Shown: positions 36,377-45,080 of the stretch, piece by piece
How positions within the stretch are numbered: the stretch's first letter is position 1
How the letters are laid out: each line of letters opens with the position of its first letter
From: an uncultured Candidatus Saccharibacteria bacterium
GTDB lineage: Bacteria; Patescibacteriota; Minisyncoccia; Phycocordibacterales; CAIZLB01
DNA length: 57,654 nucleotides
NCBI GenBank assembly: GCA_964368945.1
Contig: CAYJDM010000007.1
Coordinates: 1,365 to 59,018, forward strand
Direction: 5' to 3'
Translations under genes and position numbers: made by a program
Notes under the pieces: model-generated
What the model was told of the DNA's origin: nothing
Databases searched by the model: none
The model's input: the letters and a program-made list of their open reading frames with translations, nothing else

Positions 36377-38260
36377 ATGAAGAAAATCACTTCAATCGTA
36401 CTTGCTCTTGCACTTGCGCTTACAGTTGTTGCTCCAGTAGCAGCATCTGCGCAGTCTGCAGGGTACGTATACTCTACAAACCTTACGGTTGGTAGCCGAG
36501 GAGCTGACGTAGTAGCACTACAGTCATTCCTAGTAGCTAAGGGAGTTCTTACAATGCCAGCTGGAACAGCCATGGGCTATTTCGGAGGTCTTACTAAGAG
36601 CGCTCTAGCTTCTTATCAGTCAATGAAGGGCATTACGCCTGCAGCTGGATACTTCGGTCCGATCACTCGAGCCGCTGTTATGGCTGACACTACTTCTGGA
36701 ACTCCAGCTACACCTGGATGCCCAGCAGGAGCTATGTTCAACGCTACAACAGGTCAGCCTTGCACAAGCACTCCAGTTACACCTGGATGCCCAGCAGGCG
36801 CTATGTACAACTCAATGACTGGTGCACCTTGCTCAACTCCTGCTAACCCAGGAATGAACAACACTGGCGTTGAAGGTTCACTTGATATCCGATTGGCTTC
36901 AAACCCAGCGGACAACTCAAACGTTCGAACACAGACTGATGTTCCAGTATACGGACTAGAATTCCGAGCCCGACTCGCTGATGTAGCGGTTCAGACTTTG
37001 GATCTCCAGTTCTCATCTACTCTTTCAGGATCTGCTGAAAACCCAGCTACTTTGATCAATACGATCAAGATCTGGGATGGATCTACAGTTCTAGCGACTG
37101 TTCCTGTATCTCTTACTTCTTTCACGAAGGACCAGAACCAGGTTTACTACGCTCGACTTTCAGGTCTTAACTTCGTAGTTCCTAAGGATGCTACAAAGAC
37201 ATTGACAGTTTCTGTTTCTTCGAACTCTATTGACTCTGACCGAGTTCTTACTATCGACGGATACAATACGTCTTCAGTACGAGCGGTCTCTGGAAATGGC
37301 GTAAACAGCTTCTACTCAATTGACGGTTCAGGTTACACTCGAATGCACACATTCAAGAAGCCTGGTTCATCAAGCTTGACTTTGTCTAACCCTGCTTCAA
37401 CTCTCCGATCACAGAACTACCGAGTAAACGGTAATGATGTTGTCAGCGGCGTTGTTCTCGCTTCATTCAACTTGAAGTCTGAGACAGGTGCTTCTACATT
37501 GTTGACTGTTAACTCAACTACAACTTCATCGGCTACAATGCCTTCGACTTTGTACTTGTACAACGGTTCTACATTGTTGAAGTCAATGTCAGTTCCTACT
37601 TCAGGAGTAGTTGCATTCAATAACCTTGATACAACTGCTGGAGCTACTATCGCTCAGAACGATACTCCAACTACATTCACTATCAAGGCTGACTTCCCAG
37701 CTAATACAACTAATGGTACGTACGCAAGCACTACTGTTGGAAATATTGCATTCCAGACACCTGCAGGAAACACTTCTACTGCTACACAGCCAGTAGCTGG
37801 AGTATCTAACGCAAACCAGTATGTATATACTAAGGCTGCGATCATCAAGCTCGCTGGTACTCCTACAATCGGAGTTTCAAACCAGTCAGTTGCTGGTGTA
37901 GGTACGACTACTATGACTGCTACGTTCCCTCTTTCTATCCAGGCTTTGGGTGGAAATGTAACTAAGCCAGTAGCTGCTGACTTCACAGTTGTGTTCTCTA
38001 ACGGAACATCTTACACTGCGACTTCTACAGCTGCAGGATCTGCAGTTAGCGTCGTAGTTATCCCTGATAACGATATCGCTGATGGATCTTCAGCTAACGT
38101 AACAGTTGCTGCTTCTATCAACGGTTCAGGAGCACTTACTAACGGCCTCTACAATGCTGCTCTTACGCAGATCAAGTGGAACGCTGGTAACGGTGTTGTC
38201 ACTCAGACTTACGGTCTAGAAGACTTCAAGACTTCTAACCCTGTTCAGTTCAACCGATAA
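36377..38260 (+). CDS. Abundant-looking secreted surface (S-layer-like) protein with a PG-binding domain
   Basis: Signal peptide ending AASAQS, PG_binding_1 domain, duplicated TPGCPAGAM(F/Y)N..TG.PC(T/S) motif, and a long S/T/N/V-rich beta region. Strongly biased codon choice (tct/act/gct/gtt/cga). Confidence 0.7.
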   Translation: MKKITSIVLALALALTVVAPVAASAQSAGYVYSTNLTVGSRGADVVALQSFLVAKGVLTMPAGTAMGYFGGLTKSALASYQSMKGITPAAGYFGPITRAAVMADTTSGTPATPGCPAGAMFNATTGQPCTSTPVTPGCPAGAMYNSMTGAPCSTPANPGMNNTGVEGSLDIRLASNPADNSNVRTQTDVPVYGLEFRARLADVAVQTLDLQFSSTLSGSAENPATLINTIKIWDGSTVLATVPVSLTSFTKDQNQVYYARLSGLNFVVPKDATKTLTVSVSSNSIDSDRVLTIDGYNTSSVRAVSGNGVNSFYSIDGSGYTRMHTFKKPGSSSLTLSNPASTLRSQNYRVNGNDVVSGVVLASFNLKSETGASTLLTVNSTTTSSATMPSTLYLYNGSTLLKSMSVPTSGVVAFNNLDTTAGATIAQNDTPTTFTIKADFPANTTNGTYASTTVGNIAFQTPAGNTSTATQPVAGVSNANQYVYTKAAIIKLAGTPTIGVSNQSVAGVGTTTMTATFPLSIQALGGNVTKPVAADFTVVFSNGTSYTATSTAAGSAVSVVVIPDNDIADGSSANVTVAASINGSGALTNGLYNAALTQIKWNAGNGVVTQTYGLEDFKTSNPVQFNR

Positions 38261-38312
38261 TACGGTTTAGCTGGTCTGCCTAGCTTCGGTTAAGCAGAAC
38301 TTCTGAAAACGA

Positions 38313-38341
38313 AAAACCACCCCTCACGGGGTGGTTTTTTG
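38313..38341 (+). terminator. Intrinsic terminator
   Basis: aaaaccacccc-tcac-ggggtggtttttt. Confidence 0.85.
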
Positions 38342-38385
38342 TTGTCTTGATCAAAACTTAATGTCCCGAATGCGATGATGCGCGC

Positions 38386-41300
38386 ATGTTAAAGAAAATA
38401 ATTTTCATCGCATGCATAGCTATGGGTGCCGGGTTTGCCAATAGGGCAGAGGCTGTTGATACCGTTTTGCACCCAGATGCGAGCGGCCGCATCCGGATAG
38501 ATAATCAGATATATGTGGGGCCCATGGACTCCTTGTCTATTCCTGCGGGAACAAAAGTGACGATAGGCGCAAATGGCTCCATCTTTGCTCAGGGCATAGT
38601 GAATATCGGACTCAATGGATTTCATTCAGGTTTGGCAGAAAACAATGCTGATATTCTGAGAGGGGTTACCATGACATACGAAGGCGATGGCGGGCGCTTC
38701 CCGATCAGCGGTCGCAATGCTGCGATAATGGTATTCAATGTCAATTTCTCAGGCCCTTCCTTCGCTTCCGCTTTCCAAGGATCTTCGCTCGTCATAGCAT
38801 CCTCGACTTTTTTGTCATCCATAAGCAGCAATCTTATATCCGTATATCAGAATGCATATCTGAGTTTGGATTCTTCGATAGTCAAAAACAAGCCGATTTT
38901 GGAATCAGAAAATCCCGTTCTCGCCCTGTTCGGGCCTCCTCCGATACGGATATATCAGGGATCAAATGCGACGGTCACAGCGACCAGGATCGATGTCCCG
39001 AGAAGCAATTATGCGATTCAGATATACGATCAAAGCAATCTCCAAATCGACGATTCGATCCTGTCTCATTGCATGGTCGGCATCCTCGCATATAACCAGG
39101 CCCGCGTGGCAGGGATGGGGAATTCGATCAGCTGTGCCACTTCTGAATATCAGGCATATAATGATTCGACCGTAAAATTGACCCCGAGAATCCTGAGGCA
39201 GTGCTGCTCGCAGGTGATATTCATACCAGGAATAAAAGGCAGCCGATTGTACAAGCATGGTTTCGGCTTGCTGCGCCAAAATCAATTGTGGGAACCGAAT
39301 GTTCGCGAAGATGTGAAGAAGCTTTTCCTCGACCATGATGGCAGGTCTATATTGAGCGGCATTTACACCAGAGACATAATAGAAAAGACGAATATTGCAG
39401 GGTCGCTCTTCTCGACATCGATCTATGGCGGATTTATCGCATATCTGAAGAAGCTGAAGACTGACAAGGCCATCGCTGGCTATTCCGTATTTCCATATGA
39501 TTGGAGATATGCGACGGAGGGAGCGGGCGTCGTGAATTTGGTTACGAAGATTGAAGAGGCAGCAAGTGAATCCTCAAATGGTCAGGTCGTGCTCATCGCC
39601 CATAGCTATGGAGGGTTTTTGGCGAAAGAGGCATTGCGCGTTCTCGATGGATTGGGTAAAAAGGATTTGGTGCGGTCCATTACATATGCTGCCGTGCCGG
39701 AAACGGGTGCTCCTCAGGCGATATTTGCAGCATTGCATGGAGATGAACAGGCGATATTGGCCAGCTGGATTCTGGATCCAGATACGTCCATCGATTTCGC
39801 TGCCAATATGCCTTCCGCGCACCTATTGACCCCTTCGGAATATTTTGCAGGGCCTCTCAGCTTGGATTTCAAGGATAAAAAAACCGGGTCGACATCCTCG
39901 TATATAACTGGCATAGCATCCGCAACGGGTTACTCGCTGCCGGGAATGTATGGATGGCTTAGGAATTCAATGAAATCGGCTGATAACCGGGCAGGCCAAT
40001 CAAAAGACAGCCCGAGCATCGATCGCATGCATCCGGCTCCCAGCCTTGCGGTGGCACTGAAGGCGCAGAGCGAGAAGGATTTTATCTATAGCGCGAGCTC
40101 TCATCTAGAAGATAGATTCAGATCATATTCCATAATAGGGGTCGGAATTCCTACACCGGCAGGCATGACATATGAATACGTCCCATGCATTCCTTTTCCG
40201 AAAAAAATCCTGGCCGAATCAAAGCCATGCTCCAATCTTTCTGGACTGACGAGGCGGACTGCATATTCGGTAAAAGGCGATGGCACGGTCATATTCGACG
40301 GCAAAGACCGTCGCAGCGGCCGGGATATTTTGCTATCGCTAGCCGAATACAATAAAAGCAATAAGCAATCGATAAGCCATGTCAATTTCATGGAATCGAA
40401 GGATGTTCAAAGGGTGATCGGAGAAATAATCGCTGCCACGTCTACCGCTCTGGTTTCTGATGAGGAAAACGCCTCTGGATCAGGAATACCTATATTGAAT
40501 CCAGACAATCCTTGGCTCAATACAGAAAAGGTGCATAGCGTTGCGATCAAGGGCTTTGTCGAAGGCCTGATTGAAGTACATGCGTCTTCGGCCTCATCAA
40601 CGTCATTCAGAATCGTTACCGTTGATCAAAAAAACAATATCCAAAAAATCGAAGGGGATCCGCAAGCGCTCGCGATCACAAATGTCACGCATTCGTCAGA
40701 CGGCTGGTCTTTTGGCAGTCTAGGAACATATGACGATGTATCATTGCGCAGCCTTTCAGATCAGAATATATCGATCGAATTCAGCGATCAGAATATCGAT
40801 TCTGAAAATGGTCACGTAGTCTCAACCGAGCATTTTGACAATGTGCCTATTGGATATGGATCGGTGGCCGCGATCGATATGCAATACGTGACGCCTGTGC
40901 CTTCTCGAATATTGATTTTGGATATTGATGCCGATGGGACAGGAGATATGGTTATCGCAGCACAGACGGACGGTTCGGCAAGCTCGTCGCAGTCCGCCAT
41001 TCCGCCGCATATTCCGACATTCGATGAAAAGAAGATACGAGCTCTAGAATCCATGAATGCCGCGAAGGCAGCAATATCCCAACTGGAAATATATTCATTG
41101 AGACAAATGAATGATGCGGCCATCGCTCAGGCGGAACGATATGTGCGCAATGGAAATCCGACCATGGCCTTGCTGGTCATCATAAAAAAGCAAAATTGGC
41201 TTGCCGGCCTGAGTCGGCAATATGCGACCCGCTTGGACAGGCTGCAGAATGGCTTGGCCACGCGCATCCTCTCCGGATTCAGGACCGAAAAGGAGAGACA

Positions 41301-41409
41301 GAAGAAGCTGGCTGAAATAGCCAAAATCCAGGCATTTCTCAGGGATCTGGCCCGTCTCAAGATCATCCTGGACAGGGTGCAGGGCGAGGCTGTTGATTTA
41401 TTGGCGTAA
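38386..41409 (+). CDS. Secreted multidomain protein: right-handed beta-helix region + LCAT/PGAP1-like alpha/beta-hydrolase + C-terminal coiled coil
   Basis: Signal peptide ...GFANRAEA. VIFIPGIKGSRLY...LWEP lies at about 39213, and the nucleophile elbow LIAHSYGG is at 39598-39615. Confidence 0.6.
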   Translation: MLKKIIFIACIAMGAGFANRAEAVDTVLHPDASGRIRIDNQIYVGPMDSLSIPAGTKVTIGANGSIFAQGIVNIGLNGFHSGLAENNADILRGVTMTYEGDGGRFPISGRNAAIMVFNVNFSGPSFASAFQGSSLVIASSTFLSSISSNLISVYQNAYLSLDSSIVKNKPILESENPVLALFGPPPIRIYQGSNATVTATRIDVPRSNYAIQIYDQSNLQIDDSILSHCMVGILAYNQARVAGMGNSISCATSEYQAYNDSTVKLTPRILRQCCSQVIFIPGIKGSRLYKHGFGLLRQNQLWEPNVREDVKKLFLDHDGRSILSGIYTRDIIEKTNIAGSLFSTSIYGGFIAYLKKLKTDKAIAGYSVFPYDWRYATEGAGVVNLVTKIEEAASESSNGQVVLIAHSYGGFLAKEALRVLDGLGKKDLVRSITYAAVPETGAPQAIFAALHGDEQAILASWILDPDTSIDFAANMPSAHLLTPSEYFAGPLSLDFKDKKTGSTSSYITGIASATGYSLPGMYGWLRNSMKSADNRAGQSKDSPSIDRMHPAPSLAVALKAQSEKDFIYSASSHLEDRFRSYSIIGVGIPTPAGMTYEYVPCIPFPKKILAESKPCSNLSGLTRRTAYSVKGDGTVIFDGKDRRSGRDILLSLAEYNKSNKQSISHVNFMESKDVQRVIGEIIAATSTALVSDEENASGSGIPILNPDNPWLNTEKVHSVAIKGFVEGLIEVHASSASSTSFRIVTVDQKNNIQKIEGDPQALAITNVTHSSDGWSFGSLGTYDDVSLRSLSDQNISIEFSDQNIDSENGHVVSTEHFDNVPIGYGSVAAIDMQYVTPVPSRILILDIDADGTGDMVIAAQTDGSASSSQSAIPPHIPTFDEKKIRALESMNAAKAAISQLEIYSLRQMNDAAIAQAERYVRNGNPTMALLVIIKKQNWLAGLSRQYATRLDRLQNGLATRILSGFRTEKERQKKLAEIAKIQAFLRDLARLKIILDRVQGEAVDLLA

Positions 41410-41677
41410 TATGGTATTCTCATACCCGAAAGGCTTCAAAGACCATAGGCTGAGCGCAAGCTCGATAAGCCCTATGCAGAAGTCGTCAGGTCCCAGGATC
41501 GTCCCGTACAGCCCCTCAAGGGCATATATGAGACAGTCTGAAGATCTGGCTACTCTCTCCTTTGAAGCATCGGCGCAAGCCGGTGTTTTTCAATGGCCAG
41601 ATTTGCCCCACTGCATTACGCAGATCGGCAAATCAGGCCAACCTTTCAGGTTCTTATAAAAACCAATTATAAAAAGT
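41410..41677 (+). promoter_or_regulatory. rplJ leader with an attenuator-type terminator hairpin
   Basis: 268-nt ORF-free leader. The gcatcggc-gcaa-gccggtgt hairpin plus T-run at 41567-41591 lies about 90 nt upstream of the rplJ ATG. Confidence 0.45.
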
Positions 41678-42172
41678 ATGGCAATTTCAAAATCAAAAAA
41701 GCAGGATATAGTTGCCCGAGTATCTGACATCCTCAAAGGCGCAAAGTCTGCTGTCTTCGTGAATTTTCACAAAGTTACAGTAGGGGATATGACAGGTGTT
41801 CGAAAGCAGCTTCGAAGCGAAGGTGTTGGGTTGTATGTAGCAAAGAAGACCCTCATCAAGCGAGCTTTAGGTGATGCCAATGTAGCGGGCGATATGCCTG
41901 ATCTACAGGGAGAAGTCGCTCTTGTGTATGCAGATGATCTTTTGGCTCCGGCTCGAGAGATCCATGCATTCCAGAAGAGCCTCGATGGACGAGTGTCTAT
42001 CCTCGGAGGAATCTTCGAAGGGACATACAAGGACAAGGCGGGCATGGAAGTGATAGCATCAATTCCTTCTCGACAGACTTTGTACGCTCAGTTCGTCAAT
42101 CTCATCAATTCTCCAATCCAAGGCTTGGTATTGGGCTTGAATGCAATCGCTGAAAAGAAATCACAGCAATAA
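41678..42172 (+). CDS. rplJ: 50S ribosomal protein uL10
   Basis: 164 aa with an L10 pattern, located immediately upstream of L7/L12. Confidence 0.9.
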   Translation: MAISKSKKQDIVARVSDILKGAKSAVFVNFHKVTVGDMTGVRKQLRSEGVGLYVAKKTLIKRALGDANVAGDMPDLQGEVALVYADDLLAPAREIHAFQKSLDGRVSILGGIFEGTYKDKAGMEVIASIPSRQTLYAQFVNLINSPIQGLVLGLNAIAEKKSQQ

Positions 42173-42229
42173 AAGATCCGCTCCGGCAGATTTTTTACCT
42201 AAAAATTAATCAATCAATAAAACAATATT

Positions 42230-42634
42230 ATGTCAGAAAACGAAAATGTTGCAGCAGAGGTTGTAGAAACTCCTGCACAGTTCAAGACGGTAGTAGATGC
42301 CATCGAAAAGATGTCAGTAATCGAACTTCACGAGCTCGTTAAGTTCCTAGAAAAGAAATTCGGAGTATCAGCGGCTGCAGTAGCAGTAGCTGGTCCTGCG
42401 GCTGGACCTGCAGCTGAAGAGAAATCTTCATTCAACTTGCAGCTAGCTGATGCCGGCGCTCAGAAGATCGCCGTTATCAAGGTTGTTAAGGAAGCTCTCG
42501 GACTTGGCCTCAAGGAAGCTAAGGACCTCGTAGACGCTGCTCCTTCAATGCTCAAGGAAGGCATGAAGAAGGAAGACGCTGATGCTCTCAAGAAGGCTCT
42601 TGAAGACGCTGGCGCGAAGGTAGAGTTGAAATAA
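42230..42634 (+). CDS. rplL: 50S ribosomal protein bL12 (L7/L12)
   Basis: Ala-rich hinge and a C-terminal domain [24 protein letters not shown]...[18 protein letters not shown]. Confidence 0.95.
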   Translation: MSENENVAAEVVETPAQFKTVVDAIEKMSVIELHELVKFLEKKFGVSAAAVAVAGPAAGPAAEEKSSFNLQLADAGAQKIAVIKVVKEALGLGLKEAKDLVDAAPSMLKEGMKKEDADALKKALEDAGAKVELK

Positions 42635-42660
42635 TACCGCCTAGGCGAAAGCCAAAAACA

Positions 42661-42700
42661 AAAGCCGGGCACCGAAAGGTGTCCGGCTTTTGATTTTTTG
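42661..42700. terminator. Intrinsic terminator after rplL
   Basis: aaagccgggcacc-gaaa-ggtgtccggcttt plus a T-run. Confidence 0.85.
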
Positions 42701-42707
42701 CTTGGAA

Positions 42708-43385
42708 TCAGATTATCGTACCTAGGTTTTTCCATTTTGAATAAAAAATCGCCAGGCTCTCTCTGATTTTTTCGGAGTGATCTTTTTGAATTGCCAAAAG
42801 ATAAACTGAATGTTTGCCTCTGAGCGACAGTACGTCAGCGCCAAGCTTTTCTTTTAAGTTTGCAAGTTTTTCTCGAATGAAATTTTCTCTATTTGATCGT
42901 GAAAAATGCTGATAGATCATTATGGATTTTCCAGAATCGAATGCCGCTGTCATTTCCTTCCATAGGACATACTTATGCACATTCTTTCTATTCGTCGAAG
43001 CGACCTCAATCCCGTTATCTGGATCAAAGAATACTAATTGGCATTTAGGATCAGATAGTATCGAGTGCATCAGGGATTCTCGATCGAGGAGGTCTTCAAT
43101 ATAAGAATTCTTAAAAGTTATATCTCTGCAGAAATGACTGTTTTCAATGTGCGCCAAAGTTCTGCGGCCAGTAGAAAATCTATCCTTCAGGTAGTCATAA
43201 ACTTCAGGGTCGTAATCCCGCCAAAGGGAAGGGGCTTCCAGATAGACGATATGCTTTCCATCTGTGCTCGCATCATCTCGAGTTTTAAGCCAGTGGACCA
43301 CAATATTCAGATCCTGGTTTCGCAAGATGTGGAGAAGCGACAGCTTTTGATAGTCTCCAAAATCCCCAAAATACTGGTCTTTCAT
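42708..43385 (-). CDS. AT-rich orphan with RlmJ-like sequence landmarks (function unknown)
   Basis: The ATG at 43385 is preferred. N-terminal FGDFGDYQKLSLLHIL, central LVFFDPDNGIE, then IMIYQHF. This is the same order as RlmJ's HAGN.ADVLKH / LILIDPPYE / YALWYP, but without DPPY. TGA stop. Confidence 0.4.
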   Translation of the reverse strand: MKDQYFGDFGDYQKLSLLHILRNQDLNIVVHWLKTRDDASTDGKHIVYLEAPSLWRDYDPEVYDYLKDRFSTGRRTLAHIENSHFCRDITFKNSYIEDLLDRESLMHSILSDPKCQLVFFDPDNGIEVASTNRKNVHKYVLWKEMTAAFDSGKSIMIYQHFSRSNRENFIREKLANLKEKLGADVLSLRGKHSVYLLAIQKDHSEKIRESLAIFYSKWKNLGTII

Positions 43386-43467
43386 GCCTTGAGTATAGCA
43401 AATAGGGTCATATAAATGGCTTTTTGGCCGCCCTGCAAACCCCCTCAAAATATGCTACATTTAATCC

Positions 43468-44046
43468 ATGTCAGACATCCTCGAAAAACTAATGGGCGGC
43501 AATTCAAGAATCAAATTGATGCGTCTTTTTCTCTTTAATCCCCAAACTTCTTTCCTCCACCTGGAGATCGCAGAGCGAGCCAAGATAACAAGCGAGAAGC
43601 TCAAGAAGGAGCTGTCATTTCTACACGGCGCGCGCATGATCAAAAAAGCCAAGAAGGCCGGCGGCAAGAATGCATGGTCGCTCAATGACAAGTTTCCTTT
43701 CCTTGTAGAATTCCAGCGACTTCTTCTCGAGACGAGCCTGCTCAACCGAACGGAATTGGTAAAGAAGATTTCAAAAGCGGGTCGCATCAAGACATTGATT
43801 CTCACGGGGTTGTTTACGGAGATATGGGAAGCCCAGATTGATATGCTCATCATCGCAGACGGAGTCAAAGCGGGAGCGCTTGATTCTGCGGTAAAGGCAA
43901 TCGAAGCCGAAGTCGGACGAGAGATCCGATATTGCGCCCTCGATACTGCAGACTTCAAATATAGGCTGGGAGTAGGGGACAGGCTCATACGAGATGTGCT
44001 CGATTACCCGCATGAGATCGTTCTGGATAGGATCGGCGCGTTTTAA
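43468..44046 (+). CDS. Hypothetical protein with an N-terminal winged-helix domain
   Basis: SRIKLMRLFLFNPQTSFLHLEIAERAKITSEKLKKELSFLHGARMI resembles an ArsR/MarR-like wHTH. Divergent from the orphan at 42708-43385. Confidence 0.45.
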   Translation: MSDILEKLMGGNSRIKLMRLFLFNPQTSFLHLEIAERAKITSEKLKKELSFLHGARMIKKAKKAGGKNAWSLNDKFPFLVEFQRLLLETSLLNRTELVKKISKAGRIKTLILTGLFTEIWEAQIDMLIIADGVKAGALDSAVKAIEAEVGREIRYCALDTADFKYRLGVGDRLIRDVLDYPHEIVLDRIGAF

Positions 44047-44121
44047 ACATATCCAAGCCCCTTGCACATAGGCCTTGTATTTGCGGTATAATATAACCGT
44101 TACCAGATAATACAATTATTT

Positions 44122-44820
44122 ATGTTTCAAACATGGGGATCTGCGCTCAATAGCGCGTATTACGGAGTAGGGCCTGCCTTCATTCAGTTCGGCCTTCGGT
44201 TTATTTTCTCAATTATCATTTTCATCGCTGGCTGGGCTGCTGGCGTGCTTGTAGGAAAGCTTATCGAAAAAGTCTTTCAGACAGTCAAAGTCGATCACTT
44301 CATGCGACAGATCGGCCTTGAGGATGCGCTCAAGCGGGGCGGATTTACGCTCAATACCGGTGCGGTAGTAGGCGGCATCATAAAGTGGTTCATCATCGTG
44401 CTCTTCCTTATCGCCGCATTCGACGTTCTCGGATTGCAGACGGTTACGATGTTCTTGCAGTCAATCGTCGTGCAGTATTTGCCACAGGTCATTATCGCTG
44501 CTCTTATCCTTCTCGTGGCTGCCGTTATCGCTGACGTGCTCCAGAGAGTGGTTATCGGCGCTGCTGCTGCGGCTCATGTTAAGCAGGCTCGGGCGCTCGG
44601 TCGGATTACGAAGTGGGCTGTGCTCATCTTTGCTTTCTTGGCAGCTCTCGTTCAGCTCGGCATTGCGTCTTCGCTTGTCCAGACGCTCTTTATGGGCGTG
44701 GTAGTAGCCCTCTCGCTTGCCTTCGGCCTTTCATTCGGTCTAGGAGGAAAGGATACGGCTGGTCAGATCGTTGCTCGGATTGCCAGGGATTTTGGCCACA
44801 ATGATGGCCATTCTAAGTAG
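44122..44820 (+). CDS. Membrane protein with conserved-TM-helix repeats (MscS-N-terminal-like)
   Basis: Four to five TM helices with repeated ...(I/L)(L/I)..(A/F)........V(L/I)... segments. Confidence 0.5.
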   Translation: MFQTWGSALNSAYYGVGPAFIQFGLRFIFSIIIFIAGWAAGVLVGKLIEKVFQTVKVDHFMRQIGLEDALKRGGFTLNTGAVVGGIIKWFIIVLFLIAAFDVLGLQTVTMFLQSIVVQYLPQVIIAALILLVAAVIADVLQRVVIGAAAAAHVKQARALGRITKWAVLIFAFLAALVQLGIASSLVQTLFMGVVVALSLAFGLSFGLGGKDTAGQIVARIARDFGHNDGHSK

Positions 44821-44921
44821 GCTTTGCGCATAGGGAAGGGCTTCTGATCAAAATGGTCAGAAAACCTTTCAAAAATCTCGCAAAACCTTCGCAAAACATT
44901 GCGAAAAAGTGAATAAAAAAT

Positions 44922-44954
44922 AAAAGCCCGGCCGCCTTTGGCGGCCGGGCTTTT
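44922..44954 (+). terminator. Intrinsic terminator
   Basis: aaaagcccggccgc-cttt-gcggccgggctttt. Confidence 0.85.
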
Positions 44955-45052
44955 ATCGTGTCAAGACCGATTTTGGATATAGCCTTATATATAGCCCTAT
45001 GGCGCTGGTCCGGAGTGCGTTTGGGGATCGTAATAATCTCTGGAAATCGCAG

Positions 45053-45080
45053 TTGACAATGGTTTCGCGATGCGTATAAT
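45053..45080 (+). promoter_or_regulatory. Consensus promoter of the 23S-5S unit (TTGACA-16 nt-TATAAT)
   Basis: Perfect -35 and -10 hexamers about 410 nt upstream of the 23S. Nearly the same sequence recurs upstream of the 16S at 57243-57270. Confidence 0.6.
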
